This document shows positions 25,279 to 34,914 of a stretch of DNA of 64,000 bases, piece by piece. The DNA comes from an uncultured Candidatus Peribacteria bacterium. Lineage in GTDB: Bacteria > Patescibacteriota > Gracilibacteria > JAHISY01. The position numbers were made by a program, and so were the translations under genes. Under the pieces are notes generated by a model. The model saw nothing but the letters and a program-made list of their open reading frames with translations. It was not told the origin of the DNA and made no database searches. Where the stretch lies: NCBI GenBank assembly GCA_964452725.1, contig CAYVMX010000003.1:6670-70669 (forward strand), given 5' to 3'. Numbering within the stretch: position 1 is the stretch's first letter; the number at the start of each line of letters is the position of its first letter.

Positions 25279-25494
25279 CTAGCTCTCGGAGGAAGTAGCT
25301 GCTTCTTTGATCTTACGCGTGCGCGCAGGTTTCTTGCTCGTGCGTAGGCAGGCGGCGCAGATCTTTTGCTTGATGCCCTCGATACGCTTGGAGATGATGT
25401 TGGGCAGGAAGCGGCGTTTGGTGTGGCGTTTGCTGTGGCTGACGTTATTGCCACTGCGTGGACGTTTGCCACAGGTATCACAGACATTACTCAT
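25279..25494 (-). CDS. rpmB: 50S ribosomal protein L28
   Basis: [32 protein letters not shown] is the L28 signature. Confidence 0.92.
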   Translation of the reverse strand: MSNVCDTCGKRPRSGNNVSHSKRHTKRRFLPNIISKRIEGIKQKICAACLRTSKKPARTRKIKEAATSSES

Positions 25495-25546
25495 GCTAAA
25501 ATTTTTTAAGCTGGACGATTTTACAGATTTCTAAACACCTTGGCAA

Positions 25547-26176
25547 ATGTTTCTACTTGATCTCTCCCCACTCGAAATAGTTGCTTGGGTGACTGGTTTC
25601 CTCGCGGCACTCACTGTACATGAGGCAGCGCATGCTGCTGTGGCGAACTACATGGGTGATCCGACAGCGCGTTATGCTGGACGCATAACACTCAATCCTC
25701 TAAAGCACCTTGATCCAGTTGGTACGCTCTTACTTTTGATTATTGGTTTTGGTTGGGGTAAGCCAGTACCAGTCAATTCACTTAATTTTTCAAATCCCCG
25801 GGCTGGTCAGATCTTGACTGCGCTGGCAGGCCCGTTGGCCAATTTTGCTTTGGCGTTATTGCTGGCGTTACCGATCAACTTTTTGTTAGATCCGGGTAGT
25901 ATGGCGTTTCACTTCGTGCGAGTGATGTTGCTCATCAATGTGATCCTCATGGTTTTCAATTTGCTGCCAGTCTATCCGCTCGACGGTGGTAATATCGTCG
26001 CTCCACTGCTACCACCGAGAGCACGAGTAGTCTTTTTTCAGTATGGTCCAGCGGTACTTTTCGGCGTAATTGCCTTGGATTATGTGTTTAAAACAGGGAT
26101 ACTGTGGTCAATCCTTGGTCCACTCATCACTATAGTGGACGCAGTGGTCAATCTCTCCACTACATTTAGTGGTTAG
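25547..26176 (+). CDS. Site-2 protease family (M50) zinc metalloprotease
   Basis: HEAAHAAVA zinc motif in a TM helix, GRITLNPLKHLDPVGT, and the LLPVYPLDGG second motif. Confidence 0.85.
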   Translation: MFLLDLSPLEIVAWVTGFLAALTVHEAAHAAVANYMGDPTARYAGRITLNPLKHLDPVGTLLLLIIGFGWGKPVPVNSLNFSNPRAGQILTALAGPLANFALALLLALPINFLLDPGSMAFHFVRVMLLINVILMVFNLLPVYPLDGGNIVAPLLPPRARVVFFQYGPAVLFGVIALDYVFKTGILWSILGPLITIVDAVVNLSTTFSG

Positions 26177-26625
26177 ATCACAATCAAAGTTAACTAGCGA
26201 ATACATTATTTATTCAGTCAATTCAGTTTGTTCGACGAATTAAAAATTCGAGCCTAGTGTGGGGATACTTCTTTCGTGTTCGCTCACTCATTTCGGCCAA
26301 GTCGCTCCTATCTATCTGGGGTGACCGTACATTCCTTCAGGGGCAGCACAAGCGCTTCTGACCAAAAGGAAGGTCACCCACTTAAATTACGGATTGTTGC
26401 CGTTTGGGCAATGGCACGAAAGATTATTCTGGGGAAAGGGGCTCTGCCCCTCTCCCCAGTACCCTTCTCCCCGTAGATGATTTCATTCGCTCTGGCTTAC
26501 GCCCAGCTTCGTTTTTGGCTACGGCGGCACTGGTCCGCCTGCGCCAAAAGACTACGCGGGCTTTGAGCCTATGCTCGCTCACTTACTTTTAGTACCTCAG
26601 TTTCGGCTGGGTTTTTTAGATTTAA

Positions 26626-29600
26626 TTACTCTCCGACATACTCACTCCACTCACGGATCGGTAGGTCGCCTGTACCATAGCGGTCGATACTCTCGACGAT
26701 TAGCTTGGCGATCTGGAGGTTGACCACGAGCGGTATACCAAAGTCGATAGCCTTACGGCGGATCAGGTAGCCGTTGGTTAGCTCATCGGCTTGGTAGTTC
26801 TTTGGGATATTGATCACGAGGTCAAACTTGCCAGCTGGCAAAAGCTCGGCAATGTTTTGAGATTTCTTCGTCAAGGGGAAATTCACCAATGTATTAGTAA
26901 CACCATTTTCTTTGAGAAACTTACTCGTACCTGGTGAGGCGAAGAGCTGATAACCCAGCTCGGTGAGACGCTTGGCAGCAGGTAGGAACTCAACTTTACT
27001 CTGGAGCGGACCAGTGCTGAGCAAGATATTTTTTCGTGGGATTCGGAAGCCGACGGCGATCTGCGCTTTCAAGAATGCTTCGTACATATCGGTACCGAAG
27101 CAGGCGACCTCACCTGTGCTTGCCATCTCGACTCCTAGTGTCGGATCAGCACCTTTGAGTCGGCTGAAGCTAAACTGTGCGGCTTTGACCCCGACGTGGT
27201 CGATGTCGAGGGTGTGGTAGTGCTGCTTACGCCAAGCTTTTGGCTTCACATGTCCGAGCATACCCTCGATAGCGATCTCGATGAAGTTGTGACCAGTGAC
27301 TTTACTCACGAAAGGAAAGCTACGGCTGGCGCGGAGGTTGAGCTCGATGACTTTGACACGATTATTTTTGGCGAGGAACTGAATATTGAATGGACCAGTG
27401 ATTTTTAATTCTTTGGCGAGCTTTTTGGCGACGGCTTTGATTCGCTTCAGTGTTTCGAGGTATGTCTTCTGTGGTGGTAGGACGATCGTCGCGTCGCCGC
27501 TATGGACACCAGCATTTTCCACATGTTCACTCGCAGCATAGATGGTCAGCTCGCCAGCGGCAGCGACACCATCGAAGTCGAGTTCACGGGCGTTTTCTTC
27601 GAACTTGGTGATGACGACGGGTGCTTCGGTACTGACGGTCGTGGCTTTGGCGAGGTAGCTCTGTAGCTGATCTGGGTTGAATGCCACGCTCATCGCTGCG
27701 CCAGAGAGGACATAGCTCGGTCGGACCAGTACAGGGTAGCCGACACGTTCAGCGAACTGTAGTGCCTCATTGTCGTGGACAAACTCCGCCCACTCAGGCT
27801 GGTCTACTCCGAGTCGGTCGAGCATGGTGCTAAATTTTTCGCGACTCTCGGCTTGGTCGATATCGTGTGGTGCTGTGCCAAAGATGGGTACTTTTTCTTT
27901 GTGGAGTTTACCGACGAGATTATTCGCGATTTGTCCGCCAGTGCTAACTACGACACCTCGGGGGTTTACTATATCGGTGATGTCGAGTACGCGCTCGACA
28001 CTGAGCTCATCGAAGTAGAGCTGGTCGCAAGTATCGTAGTCGGTACTGACTGTCTCGGGGTTGTAGTTGATCATGACAGTCTCATAGCCGTGTTTTTTCA
28101 GTGTGTTTACGGCGCTCACGCAGCACCAGTCAAACTCTACGCTACTGCCGATACAGTACGCGCCACTACCCAGCACTACGGCTTTGGGTTTCCGAGTCGT
28201 GGTGATCTGGTCGGAAGTGTCACCGTGGTAGGTCAGATATAGATAGTTCGTCCGAGCGGGGAACTCGGCGGCGAAAGTGTCAATTTTTTTTACTACTGGT
28301 AGGATTCCGCAGCGCTTCCGTTTTTTCCGCAGCGCTAGCTCATGTATGCCCGCCCGCCAGGCGAGTTGTGCGTCAGAAAAGCCGAGTTTTTTACCTGCGG
28401 CAATCTCAGTTTTCCCGATTTTTTTACCAGCTTTTTTGAGGATCTTTTGTTCAAACTCGACAATGTTTTTACATTTTTCTAGAAACCACGGATCAATGCC
28501 CGTGAGACTATGAATCTTCGCCACACTCCAGCCGTCGCGTAGTGCGCGGGCAATCGCGAAGATGCGTTCAGAGGTAGGATTTTTGATCGAGTGTTCGAGG
28601 TTCTCAAATTTGAATCCAGCGTGAGAAAAGCCGTACGCACCGATCTGGAGCATACGTAATGCTTTTTGGAGTGTCTCTTCGAAGCTGCGCCCGATCGCCA
28701 TGACTTCACCGACAGACTTCATCTCGGTACCGATGTGCTCGGTTACTTTACGAAACTTTTGGAGATCCCAGCGCGGGACTTTCAACACTAGATAGTCGAG
28801 GGCTGGTTCAAAGCAGGCGGTTGTGTTGCCTGTCACAGCGTTCGTCAGCTCGTCGAGACGGTAGCCGAGTCCGAGCTTCGCTGCGACGTGCGCTAGTGGA
28901 TAGCCAGTTGCCTTACTCGCGAGTGCGGAGCTTCTAGAGAGCCGGGCGTTGACTTCGATCACGCGGTAGTCGAGAGCACCAGTCTCGGGGTTTGGATTCA
29001 CCGCGTACTGGATATTACACTCGCCGACGATGCCGAGGTGTCGGATTACTTTGATCCCGATTTCACGGAGTTCGTGGTACTCACTGTTATCTAGCGTCTG
29101 GCTCGGCGCAACCACAATTGATTCACCAGTATGGATCCCGAGGGGGTCGAAGTTTTCCATATTACAAATCGTCAGACAGGTGTCGGCACAATCGCGGACG
29201 ACTTCGTATTCGATTTCTTTCCAGCCACGGAGATCCTCCTCGATCAGCACTTGCGGACTCTCAGCAAAGGCGATCGCGAGGAGTTTCTTTAGTTCAGTGT
29301 CGTTGTGTGCGAAGCCACTGCCCTTGCCGCCGAGCGCGAAGGCTGCTCGTACGATGACAGGATAGCCGATCTTGTTGGCGGCTTTCACACCTGCTGTCGC
29401 AGATTTCACCGCGACAGCGCGAGCGGTACAAATATTGATCTGATTGAGTTTTTTTACAAAAAGTGCGCGGTCTTCTGTCGCTTGGATCGTCTCGACTGGT
29501 GTACCGAGGACTTTCACGCCGTATTTTTTCAACACACCTTGCTTATAGAGAGCAACTCCACAGTTCAGTGCTGTCTGACCACCGAAAGCGAGGAGGATAC

Positions 29601-29868
29601 CATCGGGCTTCTCACGTTTGATCACACGCTCGACGAAGCGTGGTGTGACTGGCAGGAAATACACCTTGTCCGCGACACCTTTGCTAGTTTGATTCGTCGC
29701 GATGTTCGGGTTGATCAGGACGGTCTCGAGACCCTCTTCTTTCAGTGCCTTGATCGCCTGGCTGCCGCTATAGTCAAACTCACCTGCCTGACCAATCATC
29801 AATGCGCCACTCCCGAGGATCAAGACTCGTTTTACTTTGGCGTGCTTTTTGACTTTGGCAGACGGCAT
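26626..29868 (-). CDS. carB: Carbamoyl-phosphate synthase large subunit
   Basis: 1080 aa with two ATP-grasp halves (ILGSGALMIGQAGEFDYSGSQA... and VLGSGAYCIGSSVEFDWC...) and an MGS-like C-terminus. No carA is adjacent. Confidence 0.97.
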   Translation of the reverse strand: MPSAKVKKHAKVKRVLILGSGALMIGQAGEFDYSGSQAIKALKEEGLETVLINPNIATNQTSKGVADKVYFLPVTPRFVERVIKREKPDGILLAFGGQTALNCGVALYKQGVLKKYGVKVLGTPVETIQATEDRALFVKKLNQINICTARAVAVKSATAGVKAANKIGYPVIVRAAFALGGKGSGFAHNDTELKKLLAIAFAESPQVLIEEDLRGWKEIEYEVVRDCADTCLTICNMENFDPLGIHTGESIVVAPSQTLDNSEYHELREIGIKVIRHLGIVGECNIQYAVNPNPETGALDYRVIEVNARLSRSSALASKATGYPLAHVAAKLGLGYRLDELTNAVTGNTTACFEPALDYLVLKVPRWDLQKFRKVTEHIGTEMKSVGEVMAIGRSFEETLQKALRMLQIGAYGFSHAGFKFENLEHSIKNPTSERIFAIARALRDGWSVAKIHSLTGIDPWFLEKCKNIVEFEQKILKKAGKKIGKTEIAAGKKLGFSDAQLAWRAGIHELALRKKRKRCGILPVVKKIDTFAAEFPARTNYLYLTYHGDTSDQITTTRKPKAVVLGSGAYCIGSSVEFDWCCVSAVNTLKKHGYETVMINYNPETVSTDYDTCDQLYFDELSVERVLDITDIVNPRGVVVSTGGQIANNLVGKLHKEKVPIFGTAPHDIDQAESREKFSTMLDRLGVDQPEWAEFVHDNEALQFAERVGYPVLVRPSYVLSGAAMSVAFNPDQLQSYLAKATTVSTEAPVVITKFEENARELDFDGVAAAGELTIYAASEHVENAGVHSGDATIVLPPQKTYLETLKRIKAVAKKLAKELKITGPFNIQFLAKNNRVKVIELNLRASRSFPFVSKVTGHNFIEIAIEGMLGHVKPKAWRKQHYHTLDIDHVGVKAAQFSFSRLKGADPTLGVEMASTGEVACFGTDMYEAFLKAQIAVGFRIPRKNILLSTGPLQSKVEFLPAAKRLTELGYQLFASPGTSKFLKENGVTNTLVNFPLTKKSQNIAELLPAGKFDLVINIPKNYQADELTNGYLIRRKAIDFGIPLVVNLQIAKLIVESIDRYGTGDLPIREWSEYVGE

Positions 29869-29907
29869 TTCCGAGGGAGTCTAACCGATTTTGTTAGACT
29901 TTCCAAA

Positions 29908-30309
29908 GTGATTAGCTTAACCCAAGTCGTCTACGACTCTATCGTCGCTCATGCGCGCCGTGAAGCGCCACGAGAAGCGTGCGGTTTGCTCAGTGGAGTA
30001 GACGCCATTACAGAAATTCAAGAGCTCCAGAATGTCGAGCAAGAGTCACCCGAAACACGCTATGTGCTCGATCCAACAGAGCAGTTCACAGCTTTTCGGC
30101 GGCTCCAAGACTCAAACCAAAAACTACTCGGGATCTATCACAGTCACCCCGCTAGTCCAGCATATCCGAGTGCGACAGATATTCGGCTCGCTTTTTATCC
30201 TGAGGCGGTCTATTTCATCTGCTCGTTGGCGGAGGCTGAGCCAGTGTTGCGAGCTTTTCGTATAGTCGAGGGTGAGATCAGCGAAGTAGAAATTGAGATT
30301 CAATTATAG
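29908..30309 (+). CDS. JAMM/MPN+ (Mov34) family metalloprotease
   Basis: EACGLLSG and HSHPASPAYPSATD form the E...HxHx7Sx2D JAMM motif. The GTG at 29908 is taken as the start because the upstream part of ORF 29305.. lies antisense within carB. Confidence 0.8.
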   Translation: MISLTQVVYDSIVAHARREAPREACGLLSGVDAITEIQELQNVEQESPETRYVLDPTEQFTAFRRLQDSNQKLLGIYHSHPASPAYPSATDIRLAFYPEAVYFICSLAEAEPVLRAFRIVEGEISEVEIEIQL

Positions 30310-30390
30310 GTAGCAGATGGAGTTTTAACATTAGGAGATCCTGAATCAAGTTCAGGATGACATAGGTCAGCTGCCTGTTAGAATAAGCTG

Positions 30391-30939
30391 GTGAACTATC
30401 CAGTCTGTCTCGATCTCGCTGGCAAATCAGTACTGGTCGTCGGTGGCGGTACGGTCGCGGCGCGTAAAGTCCGCGCGTTACAAAAAGCCAAAGCTAAAGT
30501 GAGTGTCGTTGCACCAGAGTTTATAGCGACGTTCAAACAACTAAAATGCCAGCAGAGTCAGCGTAACTTCCAAGTAGGTGATTTGAAAAATATCTGGCTG
30601 GTCATAGCAGCGACAGATGATAAAGAGCTGAACAGCAGGATCGCCAAGCTCGCGAATACCAAGCGAATTTTTGTAAATGTTGTGGACTGTCCAGTACTTT
30701 GTACTTTCACGCTGCCAGCCGTGGCACGTTCGGGACATTTGACCATAGCGATCTCGACAGGTGGTCAGTCTCCCCTACTCGCTGCGCGACTCAAAAAGCT
30801 AATCCAGCCAAATTTAAAAGAGTTCAGCTCTCTCACGCGTGAGCTGGGTAAGCTCCGAACCAAAGTCCAATCCAAGCTGGCAACACCAACTAAGCGCAAG
30901 CAGTTTTGGCAACAGATTTTAAAAAAGCTCGATGATTGA
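30391..30939 (+). CDS. sirC: Precorrin-2 dehydrogenase/sirohydrochlorin ferrochelatase (siroheme synthase N-terminal domain type)
   Basis: LAGKSVLVVGGGTVAARKVRALQKAKAKVSVVAPEF NAD fold typical of CysG-N/Met8/SirC. Located in the hemC-cobA cluster. Confidence 0.8.
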   Translation: MNYPVCLDLAGKSVLVVGGGTVAARKVRALQKAKAKVSVVAPEFIATFKQLKCQQSQRNFQVGDLKNIWLVIAATDDKELNSRIAKLANTKRIFVNVVDCPVLCTFTLPAVARSGHLTIAISTGGQSPLLAARLKKLIQPNLKEFSSLTRELGKLRTKVQSKLATPTKRKQFWQQILKKLDD

Positions 30940-31807
30940 GATCCGCGTCGGCTGTCGAAGGAGTCAACTCGCCCAAGCGCAGACTGATTTGGCGATTCAG
31001 TCATTCCAAAAGTATTTTCCTAGACTTCAATTCACCAAAAAGCTAATCGAAACAGCTGGTGATCGTGATCAGAGTGCGCTGCCGACCGGTGTCGGTGTCT
31101 TCGTCAAAGCACTGGAAGACGAATTATTAAACAGCAAGATAGACATCGCACTCCACTCAGCAAAAGATCTACCGACTGCTCTGCCAGCAGGATTACAAAT
31201 CGTCGCAGTAGGACAACGTGCCGACTGGCGAGACTGTGTCATCTCGCGCACAGGAGAGCCACTGAGTGAGCTTCGAAGTGCCAAAGTGGGGACGAGTGCC
31301 CCACGGAGGATCGCGCAGCTTAGAAGCGCTTATAATCGGTTAGAAATAGTGCCGATGCGAGGTAATGTCGATACTCGCCTCCAAAAGTTACATCACGGTG
31401 AGTATGACGCGGTTGTGCTGGCAACAGCAGGACTACAGCGACTCGGACTATCAGGGCAGATCACTGAATATCTGGACTGTCTACCAGCGGGCGGACAGGG
31501 TGTGCTCACTGCCGAGTATCGAGTGGACAATAAATTTGTTCAAACAATCGTCGAATCGACAACTTTAAATACTGTACAGGAAGCACTGCTAGCAGAACGA
31601 GAGTTTCTACGAACTATTCAGGCTGGCTGCCAAACACCTGTGGGAGTACTCGCTATGGCTGAAAATGATTCAGTCACACTCAAAGCCGAGCTTTTTACAC
31701 TCGACGGGTCAAACGTCTATCGTGCCGAACGGACAGGCAGAGCTGGGCTTGCCGTCGCACGAGAATTAGCCGAAGATTTCCTTACACATGCCAAAGAAAT
31801 TATTTAA
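30932..31807 (+). CDS. hemC: Hydroxymethylbilane synthase (porphobilinogen deaminase)
   Basis: RRSQLAQAQT, HSAKDLP and RGNVDTRLQKL motifs. Confidence 0.92.
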   Translation: MIEIRVGCRRSQLAQAQTDLAIQSFQKYFPRLQFTKKLIETAGDRDQSALPTGVGVFVKALEDELLNSKIDIALHSAKDLPTALPAGLQIVAVGQRADWRDCVISRTGEPLSELRSAKVGTSAPRRIAQLRSAYNRLEIVPMRGNVDTRLQKLHHGEYDAVVLATAGLQRLGLSGQITEYLDCLPAGGQGVLTAEYRVDNKFVQTIVESTTLNTVQEALLAEREFLRTIQAGCQTPVGVLAMAENDSVTLKAELFTLDGSNVYRAERTGRAGLAVARELAEDFLTHAKEII

Positions 31808-32567
31808 ATCACTTTCCCTCGATCCACCTCTTGTTGAAAGGGGGAAGACAGGCGTGGTTACGCTCGTCGGTGCTGGTCCAGGCGATCCAGATCTGATCAC
31901 CGTAGCAGGACTGCGAGCCTTGCGAAAGGCTGAGATCGTATTTTACGATGCCTTGGTCGATAAGGAGTTATTAAAAACCTGCTCAGCCAAGTGTCAAAAG
32001 GTCTGTGTAGGCAAGCGAGCAGGCAGACACAGCTATACGCAGACTCAGATCAATACCAAACTACTTGATTCATCCAAGCAATATCAGCGCATCGTCCGCC
32101 TCAAAGGCGGTGATCCTTTCCTCTTTGGGCGAGGTTGTGAAGAGGTCGAGTATTTAAATCAGCATGGCGTTCAAACTTGCGTCATACCGGGCGTTACTTC
32201 GGCGCTGGCTGTGCCAGCTGCGGCTGGTATTCCTGTTACCGATCGACGAGTTACTTCCGACCTTGCGATCATTACAGGTACTGAGACAAGTATTCGCAGC
32301 CGCCTCAACTATCGAGCCTACGCCCAGATCGGCACGCTGGTTTTCCTTATGGGTTACAAAAACCTATCCATGCTTAGCAAAAAGCTCATTCAGGCTGGCA
32401 AAGCCAAGACAACTCCTGTCGCGGTGATTTCACAGGGTACATTGCCAGAGCAGCAGGTCGTGGTGGGTGATCTAGCTAGTATCAGCGCCAAGGTTGCTAC
32501 CGCGCAGCTCAAAGCACCAGTCGTGATCGTAGTAGGTAAAGTGATTAAACTGGCGCGGCACACTTGA
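31788..32567 (+). CDS. cobA: Uroporphyrinogen-III C-methyltransferase
   Basis: VTLVGAGPGDPDLITVAGLRALRKAEIVFYDALV and LKGGDPFLFGRG. An alternative start is the GTG at 31854, preceded by AAGGGGGAAG. Confidence 0.9.
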   Translation: MPKKLFKSLSLDPPLVERGKTGVVTLVGAGPGDPDLITVAGLRALRKAEIVFYDALVDKELLKTCSAKCQKVCVGKRAGRHSYTQTQINTKLLDSSKQYQRIVRLKGGDPFLFGRGCEEVEYLNQHGVQTCVIPGVTSALAVPAAAGIPVTDRRVTSDLAIITGTETSIRSRLNYRAYAQIGTLVFLMGYKNLSMLSKKLIQAGKAKTTPVAVISQGTLPEQQVVVGDLASISAKVATAQLKAPVVIVVGKVIKLARHT

Positions 32568-32624
32568 TTTTTGGGCTTATTTCTGGTAGAATAAGAAGAT
32601 TTAAAAATAAAAACAAACTACAAA

Positions 32625-33137
32625 TTGGCATCAAAACAAAATCAGCTCGTCATCAAAAAAAATCCTGAACCGTCACAGGTTTTGCATGTGTTTCAATCGC
32701 CTGAGTTTCTTCAGTATGAGCGTGATACTACTTGGTATGCTGGAGCTGGTGTTTTTACAGTTTTGCTTGTGGCGATAGGTATCGTTACTCACGCACTTTC
32801 GCTAGTGGTGGCGTTTTTACTCGCAATCGCGGTGTATTTCCTCATCCACCAGCATCCACCACGCATGATCGATGTTCGGATCACACCAGACGGTATTTAT
32901 CACGGTGAGGAGTTTTTTGCCTTTGGCGAGATCAAACACTTTTGGTTCATCCATGAGCCGCCCTATGTCGCCGATCTCAAGATACGCCTCAAGAGAGCCT
33001 GGCAGCCGATTCGTACTATTCATATCTACGGGCAGGATCTCGCCCAGCTACGAGCAGTCTTCGAGCCATATGTCACTGAGCTACCCGATCAAAAAGAATC
33101 CTTCCCCGATCTCCTAATCCGTGCAATGCGCCTCTAG
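32625..33137 (+). CDS. Hypothetical membrane protein (two TM segments plus a small soluble domain)
   Basis: TTG start. TM pair WYAGAGVFTVLLVAIGIV / LSLVVAFLLAIAVYFLI. First gene of a tightly spaced three-gene unit. Confidence 0.6.
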   Translation: MASKQNQLVIKKNPEPSQVLHVFQSPEFLQYERDTTWYAGAGVFTVLLVAIGIVTHALSLVVAFLLAIAVYFLIHQHPPRMIDVRITPDGIYHGEEFFAFGEIKHFWFIHEPPYVADLKIRLKRAWQPIRTIHIYGQDLAQLRAVFEPYVTELPDQKESFPDLLIRAMRL

Positions 33138-33140
33138 ACT

Positions 33141-34913
33141 ATGGGACTCTCTGCTGCTACCAGTCCGTCACCTCAGTCTCAGTATTTCGACGATCTGTCG
33201 ATTGATACTGATGGCAATTCAGATAATGGTCCTGAGACCAATCTACAAAAGCAACTGAATAATTTAAAAAACAATCCACAAGCGCAAGTTTTAGTGGAAA
33301 AACTCTTGCAATACGAACAACAAATCGCAAATAACACCAGCGGTGAACTAAAAACACTAGCAGCAGAGCTGGCACTTTCATTTGATGCCAATGCCAGACC
33401 TAATGAACGAGCGAGTATAGATATCTTGCGTGACTTGGTAGATCGAGTCCCAGAGAGCCTGACGACCGAGTATTTCACCGAAAATTCAGAGTTACTCGTC
33501 GGCGATTTCAGTATTTTGTTTGATCGCTATCTAAATCCGACTGTCGCAGATGGCTATCAGCAGCTCTTCGCGAGCTTTCGAGCAGCACAGCTAAGCCAAA
33601 TCACGACCGAACTAAAAAACAAAATCCAAACTCAGGTCCAAGCTGGTGATAAGTTGGACGCAGGATTTACCCAGCAGCTAACTGCTGACGTCGACTACCT
33701 ACGCCAGACCAAAGCAGTAGAATTAAAATTACTGGCCAGTAAGGACGGCTCAGCCGAGACTATCAGCCTCGCAGAGCTGAGGGAGGCAGGGATAGAAAAC
33801 CACTCTTCATTTAGTCAAACGTATTTCGAGCTAATGATGCCAGCTGAGTACCCGACACTAGCTGAGCGCAAAGCAAAATTAACAACCTACCTCGAAAATA
33901 TCGCCGAGCGACCCGCTACGGCACACACTAGCGCGAGCCGCGAGCTACTCTATGTCGCTATGCAGCTAGTCGGTGATGGACGTCTGACCGAGCGTGAGAT
34001 GGCACCAGCAGGTGCGACACCAGAGGAGAACCAAATCAGTGCCAAGCTGCGTGCGATTGACTCGCACAAAGTATTCAACGAGACATACGAAGCGGTACTA
34101 AAGGGGTTCAGCTCAGACAGTCCAGAGTACAAAAACCTCCAAGCAGCCTTCGAACAGTCAAGTGACAAAAAGACCAGTAGTGTGAGCGACTTACTCGCGC
34201 TCAAGAGACCAAACAAGCATGAAAGAAAAGAGATCCTAAAGTCGGCAAAAACCGAGGCAGAGCGTACAGAGTTGGACGCACTTATCAGCGATGGTATCCC
34301 GACCAAACTCCTCGCTGCACTCGACCTAGCTCACCGGATCGAGCTAGATCAGCAGGCTGGCTCACTCGATACATCGGGCACATCACTGGGCAAGCACGCC
34401 AATATCAGCAATACGCTCCTCTACCTAGGAGTGAGCAATATCGTTGCGGCTAGTTTGATCATTACGATTATCCAAAATCTCGGCGATCCACTCAGTCTAT
34501 TTACCAATTCGGTCTTCCTCGCCGATGTCGGTATCCTCGGTGCGACAGCACATCACTGGGGCATGCTAGAGCTGGGACCCAAGGCTGGTAAAAAAGAGTT
34601 CAAAACTAAAATAGTCAAATTAGAACAAAATAAAGACCAGACAGTCGCACCACAGGTCAAACAATGGCTCACTGCAATCGACCCAGTTCAATTCAAGCAA
34701 AACTCAGAGCTAGAGCGGTATATCGACGAGCAGGCTCGCGATGGTGTGTATACAGTCGAGGCTGCCGAGCTAAAGTCTTTCTTGCCCAAAGGTGCTGACA
34801 TACCTGTGCTCAACTCTGAGCCCGCCAAACGTCAGCTTTTTCGATTACTCAATCATGCTACACAGTATCACCTAGTGCCGACACGCCAGCTCCTCAAGCT
34901 TTCCAAAAAATAA
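33141..34913 (+). CDS. Hypothetical 590-aa protein, helical, with a C-terminal TM pair
   Basis: Long ORF with normal composition, 3 nt after the previous gene. No recognisable catalytic motif. Confidence 0.65.
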   Translation: MGLSAATSPSPQSQYFDDLSIDTDGNSDNGPETNLQKQLNNLKNNPQAQVLVEKLLQYEQQIANNTSGELKTLAAELALSFDANARPNERASIDILRDLVDRVPESLTTEYFTENSELLVGDFSILFDRYLNPTVADGYQQLFASFRAAQLSQITTELKNKIQTQVQAGDKLDAGFTQQLTADVDYLRQTKAVELKLLASKDGSAETISLAELREAGIENHSSFSQTYFELMMPAEYPTLAERKAKLTTYLENIAERPATAHTSASRELLYVAMQLVGDGRLTEREMAPAGATPEENQISAKLRAIDSHKVFNETYEAVLKGFSSDSPEYKNLQAAFEQSSDKKTSSVSDLLALKRPNKHERKEILKSAKTEAERTELDALISDGIPTKLLAALDLAHRIELDQQAGSLDTSGTSLGKHANISNTLLYLGVSNIVAASLIITIIQNLGDPLSLFTNSVFLADVGILGATAHHWGMLELGPKAGKKEFKTKIVKLEQNKDQTVAPQVKQWLTAIDPVQFKQNSELERYIDEQARDGVYTVEAAELKSFLPKGADIPVLNSEPAKRQLFRLLNHATQYHLVPTRQLLKLSKK

Positions 34914-34914
34914 G

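Noticed and set aside
26177-26625. Assignment of the structured intergenic region to tmRNA, RNase P RNA or SRP RNA
   Set aside because: There is no tRNA-like acceptor/T-arm 3' end and no tag ORF ending in Ala-Ala. The GAGGAAAGTCC P4 motif is absent, as is the domain IV GGAA / AGCA arrangement. It is therefore left as an unassigned candidate.
29305-29907. N-terminal 200 codons of the 334-aa ORF that contains the JAMM domain
   Set aside because: This part lies antisense within carB and has no JAMM-family similarity. The domain begins at the GTG at 29908.
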